The position numbers and the translations under genes were made by a program. From Bdellovibrio sp. (GTDB taxonomy: Bacteria; Bdellovibrionota; Bdellovibrionia; Bdellovibrionales; Bdellovibrionaceae), in NCBI GenBank assembly GCA_046318155.1, contig JBKCUU010000052.1, positions 1-11,150 on the forward strand: DNA of 11,150 nt, read 5' to 3'. Positions 6,261-11,150 of this stretch are shown in pieces. Position 1 is the first letter of the stretch, and each line of letters starts with the position of its first letter. The notes below the pieces were generated by a model, which was given only the letters and a program-made list of their open reading frames with translations, was not told where the DNA came from and ran no database searches.

Positions 6261-8057
6261 GTGAGGCTTAAGTTTCGAGCTTTGGTTTTAGCTTTTGCCT
6301 GGTTGATTGCAGGGCCCTGCTTTGCACAAACCGCTGCACGCCAACCAGCTCGTGGTTCGGTCTCCGCCAGACTCTTTGATGGCACGGATGTCTTGAAAAT
6401 GACCGAACAAGAGCAGGACGAGTATTTGGACGCCATCCGTGAATTCATGGACAAGCGCCAATACCGAGCGCCCTCATTTTCACAATATTTCTTGGACATT
6501 ATTATGGGCACTTCATCAGCTGAGGCACAGGTGATGGCCAATGACTGTGTTGTTGGAGGAAACGTAAAAAACACACCTGAGTGCCGTACCAGCTTTATCA
6601 GCCGCGTTCGTTCGGGCGGTTTGGGTGAGTGCCGTGAAGGCGCTGTTTCGTCTTCTGGAAACTTCGTCAATCTTATTTGTGGTGGAAACACGTACCAGTA
6701 TCCATCCCAAGATCGAAGCTCTGTCGTGGCGTTTCTCACGCGAAGCCCCTACAACAGTGGGGCCGCTCAACGCGAGGTGCGTGCTGCCGTTGTCGGAGCA
6801 AATTCGAATGAACCTGGTTTTGATCCAGGAAATTGCGAGCAGCAAATTCAGCGCTACTCCTCAACGCCTTTTGGACCCAGCAATGACCAGCTCAGTCGCT
6901 CTCCGCGGTGCTACAACATTTTTATCGAGCGCATCCGATCTGGAGCACTTGGGCATTGCACAGATGCGGCACAAGACTGGCAGGTCACGCGGTTTTCTTG
7001 TGCCCGAAAAAATGCTCAAGGCCAAGATGTCGTCTCTGTCTATCAAATTCACCACAACACTCCCGCTGGAAAAACCCAGCTTGATGGCGCCATTCGCGAA
7101 GGCCGTGTCGAAGCCGCAAGAATTGAGGCCGGCCGAGCCGCCGCAGCCAATGATATCCTGCCCCCGAGTATCCCCGGCGCTCCTCCTGCCGCGGGCCAAC
7201 CCGCGACCGCAACCGCGCCTCCTGGTGGACAGCCGGCAGCGAGCGCCGTGACCCCGGGCGGACGACCCGCAACTCAAGCTCAAGATGCAGCCCGTGCGAC
7301 GGCGCGATGTTTTTTCTCCGGCTTCGCCATTGCACGTATAGAAAACCAACCTTGTGTCGGCATCACCGACCTCTGCGCGCAAAACAACCGCATGCAGGGC
7401 CTCAGTCAAGTGAGCTTAAATGCGCTCATCCCTTGCAGAACGGCCGAAGAAAAGAAAAAAGCGACCTGCGGTGACTCTTCGGCAGCACAAGCCGCTCCCA
7501 CCTCACCAGCTCCTCCTATTCAACCGCAAGCGGCTGTCCCTTCAGCTAGTACAACCGTTGCCTCGGCAGGATCGACCATTCGATCGAACTCGCAACAGGG
7601 ACGGCAAGTTGTCTGCAATCCCATTTTGTATGGAACAAAACCTGATGGCTCTGTGCTGTGTGTTCCAAGATCTTCGACCGCCTCCGCTGCGTGTGGCGGG
7701 ATTGCGAACGATCAAAAGTTGAAAGAACTTCTGAAAAAAGCTCCTCATGGTGAGAAGGCTTTTGGCGAAATGGTCGATACAATCAATAAAGAGTGTCAGC
7801 CTTTTTGGACCGTCGGCGCCACCGGCGGGCCCACAGAGAAAGCAGATGCCATCGCCCGCACCGGCGACACCAATGCAACTGATTTTAAAGACACCTGCAA
7901 AATCTTGCTTGAGCGCGCACTTGAAATTGGTGAGCGCATCGCAAGCGACAATAATGCCATCAAAGAAAAAGTGAAAGTCATCCGACAGGCTGTTGGTACG
8001 GGAGCTCCTGCGGGGCCACCACCACCGGCGCGTCCGGCCACCCCTGGAGTTTCGTAA
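6261..8057 (+). CDS. Secreted cysteine-rich hypothetical protein with internal duplication and Pro/Ala linkers (598 aa)
   Basis: GTG 6261 follows GGGGGA (6250-6255) and gives a Sec signal MRLKFRALVLAFAWLIAGPCFA-Q. 18 Cys in the predicted mature part. This start avoids the overlap with lon implied by the track start at 6084. Confidence 0.8.
   Translation: MRLKFRALVLAFAWLIAGPCFAQTAARQPARGSVSARLFDGTDVLKMTEQEQDEYLDAIREFMDKRQYRAPSFSQYFLDIIMGTSSAEAQVMANDCVVGGNVKNTPECRTSFISRVRSGGLGECREGAVSSSGNFVNLICGGNTYQYPSQDRSSVVAFLTRSPYNSGAAQREVRAAVVGANSNEPGFDPGNCEQQIQRYSSTPFGPSNDQLSRSPRCYNIFIERIRSGALGHCTDAAQDWQVTRFSCARKNAQGQDVVSVYQIHHNTPAGKTQLDGAIREGRVEAARIEAGRAAAANDILPPSIPGAPPAAGQPATATAPPGGQPAASAVTPGGRPATQAQDAARATARCFFSGFAIARIENQPCVGITDLCAQNNRMQGLSQVSLNALIPCRTAEEKKKATCGDSSAAQAAPTSPAPPIQPQAAVPSASTTVASAGSTIRSNSQQGRQVVCNPILYGTKPDGSVLCVPRSSTASAACGGIANDQKLKELLKKAPHGEKAFGEMVDTINKECQPFWTVGATGGPTEKADAIARTGDTNATDFKDTCKILLERALEIGERIASDNNAIKEKVKVIRQAVGTGAPAGPPPPARPATPGVS
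6576..6959 (+). repeat. Intragenic protein-level repeat, two copies 327 nt (109 aa) apart
   Basis: PECRTSFISRVRSGGLGEC (6576-6632) versus PRCYNIFIERIRSGALGHC (6903-6959): 11 of 19 residues identical, ungapped. Confidence 0.8.
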
Positions 8058-8058
8058 G

Positions 8059-8128
8059 CAGATCGGGCCAACACGGGCGTCTCACATTGAGATACCCGTC
8101 GTCTTCGCGCCCACATAAATCCGATCTG
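8059..8128. other. Nested inverted repeats immediately after the 6261-8057 gene (RNA stem-loop and/or palindromic operator)
   Basis: Outer arms CAGATCGG 8059-8066 and CCGATCTG 8121-8128 (perfect 8 bp) enclose ACGGGCGTCTCA-CAT-TGAGATACCCGT 8073-8099 (12-bp arms, one mismatch, one G-U). No U-tract follows. Confidence 0.6.
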
Positions 8129-8150
8129 GGCTAGATCAAATCACACCCTA

Positions 8151-8184
8151 TTTACCGCACTCAATCTCCCCTGCTAAGATTGAG
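8151..8184 (+). promoter_or_regulatory. Candidate sigma70 extended -10 promoter overlapped by a perfect 8-9-8 inverted repeat
   Basis: TG-C-TAAGAT at 8172-8180, with TTTACC at 8151-8156 (18-nt spacer). Inverted repeat CTCAATCT 8160-8167 and AGATTGAG 8177-8184. Confidence 0.4.
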
Positions 8185-8203
8185 AGAAGGGTCGGGGGAA
8201 TCT

Positions 8204-9499
8204 GTGAAGCACAGTTTTGTCATTCTATTGGTGAGCGCATTTTTGTTCACACCGCCATTTGTTTTTGCGAACGGCGAAGGTCCCGCGGCCGCCCCTGCGA
8301 CTGCCGCCGGAACCGCAGGCGCCGCGCCGATTGAGGCCGCCAAGAGTGAAGGAAAAGGTGCCCTTGCTGAAGCCGAAGCTTTACAAGAGGCTGAGGCTTC
8401 AAAAAAGAAACTCACACAAGGCACAACGGCTTGTTCAGAGGCGGCGGAGGCGGCAAAAAATGCCTGCGTCGAAAGCTTAAGTCCTTATTTACAGGCGGCG
8501 ATGCAAGGTCTCACGGCGGCAATGGGTGCGCAACAAGGTGCCGCCGGCGCGTCTGGACAGTGCCAACAAGCTCAACAAGCTCAGCAGCCCGCTCAGCAAA
8601 ACATGCAAAAGTTTAATGCCGATTGCGGCGCAAAGAAAACGGCCTGCGAAACGAAGTGTGGCTCAGCAGCAAAAGATGCAGATATGGTCTCAACTGCGAC
8701 CTGTAAGGCAGATACCCAAAAGCTTCCCGAGCCTAAGAAAGCGATCGCACTGCCAAAATGCGTCCAAGCGGCAACCAAAAATAAAGCGGCCAACGAGAAA
8801 GGCAAATCTGCCTGCTCTGGTTTGGCGGCAAATCAAGCCGCCGGTATGGCCGGAATCGGCGAGCTCCTCAAAGGCTTGATGAAATCTCAGTCTTGCCAAC
8901 AAGAGGTCGCGGTCGATTGCACCAAAACACCGACAGCGGCCGGCTGCCCTCAGGCTTTGGATTGTAATAAGCCCGAGAACGATGCGAACCCTCGTTGTAT
9001 TTGTGATAAAAATCCACGTGCCCCTGGTTGCGGTGGAACGAACACAGCTGCCGGAACAACGGATCCCATTCGTGATGTCAATTCAGGATCAAATGATCCC
9101 GGTGGCGGTACAACCTCCCCTGGTTCTGATGGCACTCCCAACTCTTTTGCAGACAGCACGAAGGCCGCAGCCCCAGCTGCTGGCGGCAGCGGCGGCGGCA
9201 GCAGCGGCGGCGGATCTCTGGGCAAAGCCGGCGAAGCCACCGAAAAAGGCGAAAAACCCAAAGGCGTTGAGACGAACGTGCTCACAGAGGGCGGCGGCAG
9301 CGGCGGCTCGATGACTTCAAACGGGAGCGTAGCTCCCGATGAACCCATGGGCAAATACAGCGAGTATCTGCCCAAAGATGACAAGCGAAATCCCGCCGCC
9401 TTGAAGGATCAGGTTTCGGGCGCCGCAGGATTGTCGAACTGGGAAAAAGTACGCAAGCGGTACACTGAAAGCCGCCCGTCCCTGATCAGATCAAATTAG
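8204..9499 (+). CDS. Secreted Cys/Ala/Gly-rich hypothetical protein (431 aa)
   Basis: GTG 8204 follows SD-like GGGGGA 8194-8199 and gives a signal peptide MKHSFVILLVSAFLFTPPFVFA-N. 16 Cys in the N-terminal two-thirds, a Gly/Ser/Thr low-complexity region, and C-terminal KRNPAA...SNWEKVRKRY. Confidence 0.85.
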   Translation: MKHSFVILLVSAFLFTPPFVFANGEGPAAAPATAAGTAGAAPIEAAKSEGKGALAEAEALQEAEASKKKLTQGTTACSEAAEAAKNACVESLSPYLQAAMQGLTAAMGAQQGAAGASGQCQQAQQAQQPAQQNMQKFNADCGAKKTACETKCGSAAKDADMVSTATCKADTQKLPEPKKAIALPKCVQAATKNKAANEKGKSACSGLAANQAAGMAGIGELLKGLMKSQSCQQEVAVDCTKTPTAAGCPQALDCNKPENDANPRCICDKNPRAPGCGGTNTAAGTTDPIRDVNSGSNDPGGGTTSPGSDGTPNSFADSTKAAAPAAGGSGGGSSGGGSLGKAGEATEKGEKPKGVETNVLTEGGGSGGSMTSNGSVAPDEPMGKYSEYLPKDDKRNPAALKDQVSGAAGLSNWEKVRKRYTESRPSLIRSN

Positions 9500-10698
9500 C
9501 TTTGCGCACCAGTGAGTTCAATAATCGTGATCTCACCATAAGTGCCAAGTCTTGTCGGTGGTCCCCAAAAACCCGTGCCTTGATTAACGTACAACCAAAG
9601 ATCTTCAAGGCTCTTTTCACCTTTGTTTTTCTTAATTCGGTAAAGGCCCTTCGAATACTTCTGAAAAAATAGGATCAAAACATTCCACGGAAAAAACTGC
9701 CCGGCATGCGTGTGCCCCGACAGTTGTAGGTGAAACCCTTTATGCACAGCCTCGTCCGCGAGATAGGGCTGATGCGCCAGCAAGATGCGATACTCCGGCA
9801 AAGCTCCGGGCTGAATTTCATCCCAACTAAAGGCGCGCGCCTTGGGAAAGTATTTCGAAACTGGATCTGGCAACCCCGTGATCGAAAGCTGATCTTGTCC
9901 GCGAACCAAATAAGCTGTTTCGTTTTGCAAAACTTGAATCTGAGTCCCCTCGAACACTTTGCGAACTTTTTCAAAGCCCCAGTAGTACTCATGATTGCCA
10001 GTGCAATAGTAAACACCTTCGGGCGCTTCCAGCTCTTTAAGTCCCCAAAGCCTTTCAAGATACCGGACGGGATCGCAATCAATGATGTCTCCGGTCATGA
10101 CTAAAATGTCATACTTTTCTCGGCGCAGTTTCCCCAGCATTCGGTTGACGAGCCGGTCATTCATCAGGGGTCCCATATGAACGTCACTGAGGTGGGCGAT
10201 TCTAAAACCCTCGAATTCTTTTGGAAGCCGAGGGTCCTTGATTTTCACATGATGAGTGAAGGGTCCCAACCAAACAGTTAAGTACCCCAAGCCCAACAAG
10301 AGCAGCGGAAGCGTGAGCGACAAAATCGTCCAGGTCGCCGAGTACAGCGAGTATCCGTCCCAATCCCACCAGTGAAAGAGAAATCCGGCCCACGCCGCAA
10401 AGCCAATGACATCACGAAGTAAAATCATGACCAGCAAATCACTCACGTAAGGAAAAGCCAGGTAACCTAAAATGTTAAGACGGTCGACCCAGATCGAGTC
10501 TGAAAGACTTTCATTGCCCCAAAAATAAAGCGGCTGAGACAGAGCGATTGAAAAAATAAAAGCGATCCAAAAGATGGTGGCTAAGAATCCAAACCAACCC
10601 CACCCGGCATAACGCAGAAGTTGATGCAAAATATAGATAGCGAGAGAAACAAAGACGACCAGGACGACCATCTGAAAAACAGACCAGTTTTTTTTCAT
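9496..10698 (-). CDS. Membrane-anchored calcineurin-like metallophosphoesterase (YkuE/YaeI-like)
   Basis: About four N-terminal hydrophobic segments, then all five MPP motifs: HLSDVH, TGDIID, GNHEY, LAHQP, SGHTHAGQ; C-terminal YVNQGTGFWGPPTRLG..GEITIIEL. Confidence 0.93.
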   Translation of the reverse strand: MKKNWSVFQMVVLVVFVSLAIYILHQLLRYAGWGWFGFLATIFWIAFIFSIALSQPLYFWGNESLSDSIWVDRLNILGYLAFPYVSDLLVMILLRDVIGFAAWAGFLFHWWDWDGYSLYSATWTILSLTLPLLLLGLGYLTVWLGPFTHHVKIKDPRLPKEFEGFRIAHLSDVHMGPLMNDRLVNRMLGKLRREKYDILVMTGDIIDCDPVRYLERLWGLKELEAPEGVYYCTGNHEYYWGFEKVRKVFEGTQIQVLQNETAYLVRGQDQLSITGLPDPVSKYFPKARAFSWDEIQPGALPEYRILLAHQPYLADEAVHKGFHLQLSGHTHAGQFFPWNVLILFFQKYSKGLYRIKKNKGEKSLEDLWLYVNQGTGFWGPPTRLGTYGEITIIELTGAQS

Positions 10699-10707
10699 CG
10701 CGATGTT

Positions 10708-11148
10708 TTAGAGCAGATCCTTGTTCAGGCGGTCATTCTCGCTTTCGAGAACTCGAACCAGCGTTTTCAAGTCTGCAACTTCTTCTTTCAAGTGCAGAAT
10801 CTGCTCCTCCCTCTCCTGAAGGATTTGAGTGTAGGCTTTCTTGAGTTCGGTGAGCAAGCGATTGGCCGCTGTCAAAATCGGTTCTTCACCCGTTTTTGAA
10901 AGCGTCGCCTCGGTGTGGGCGGGTGGGCCCGAGCCGAAGCTCGGGGCCATTTCTTTAATCGTACGGGGGTCGTACGGGGAACTCACCAAAGAGTCTTCAA
11001 CCTGCTTTCCTTGGGAGGGGCGATGAAGCCTTTGATAAGAGCCCATGGGTTCGTCCAGGACCAAATAGCGTCCGTCCTCGAACATGAATTGAATATCCTC
11101 TGCCTTAATCCGTGTTCTCAATGTCGAAAGACTCACCTTGTATTTGGC
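10708..11148 (-). CDS. 5'-truncated hypothetical protein: putative MerR/Xis-like HTH N-terminus plus C-terminal coiled coil
   Basis: The frame stays open to the window edge (AKYKVSLSTLRTRIKAEDIQFMFEDGRYLV), resembling the recognition helix and wing of MerR/excisionase-type HTH domains. A Pro/Ser linker precedes a heptad region ending LKEEVADLKTLVRVLESENDRL. The stop lies 9 nt from the phosphoesterase ATG. Confidence 0.7.
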   Translation of the reverse strand, partial: AKYKVSLSTLRTRIKAEDIQFMFEDGRYLVLDEPMGSYQRLHRPSQGKQVEDSLVSSPYDPRTIKEMAPSFGSGPPAHTEATLSKTGEEPILTAANRLLTELKKAYTQILQEREEQILHLKEEVADLKTLVRVLESENDRLNKDLL

Positions 11149-11150
11149 TG

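Noticed and set aside
6261..6326. Lipoprotein signal in the first secreted protein (Cys in LIAGPC)
   Set aside because: AGPC does not match the lipobox (Pro at -1); signal peptidase I cleavage after CFA is more plausible.
9182..9307. GGC/AGC triplet runs, and CAACAAGCT x2 at 8564-8581
   Set aside because: They encode in-frame Gly/Ser and Gln/Ala linkers; there is no repeat-spacer organisation, so not CRISPR or a mobile element.
701..11026. Numerous antisense and alternate-frame ORFs in the track (e.g. 701-1102, 4820-5326, 6625-7251, 6861-7409, 8950-9384, 9730-10104)
   Set aside because: They lie mostly within well-supported genes and show no recognisable motifs; consistent with shadow ORFs.

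Overview
Gene-dense bacterial chromosomal window of moderate GC; protein content resembles Bdellovibrionota or another delta-type lineage (inference, not searched). On the + strand: the 3' part of a zinc-finger-less (class B) DnaJ, coupled by an ATGA overlap to a TPR-like/periplasmic-binding-fold lipoprotein (LpoA/LppC-like); two tandem, divergent DksA/TraR paralogues; Lon protease; and two large Cys-rich secreted hypothetical proteins separated by a palindrome-rich spacer. On the - strand, converging on these: a membrane-anchored metallophosphoesterase and a 5'-truncated putative HTH/leucine-zipper protein. No rRNA, tRNA, CRISPR array or mobile element was seen. The most notable signal is the DksA pair: one copy lacks the Zn finger and has a DxxDxT tip, the other has a C4 finger and a Gre-like DxxExA tip. 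Each therefore deviates at one of the two tip residues essential in E. coli DksA, and both lack most ppGpp-contact residues.
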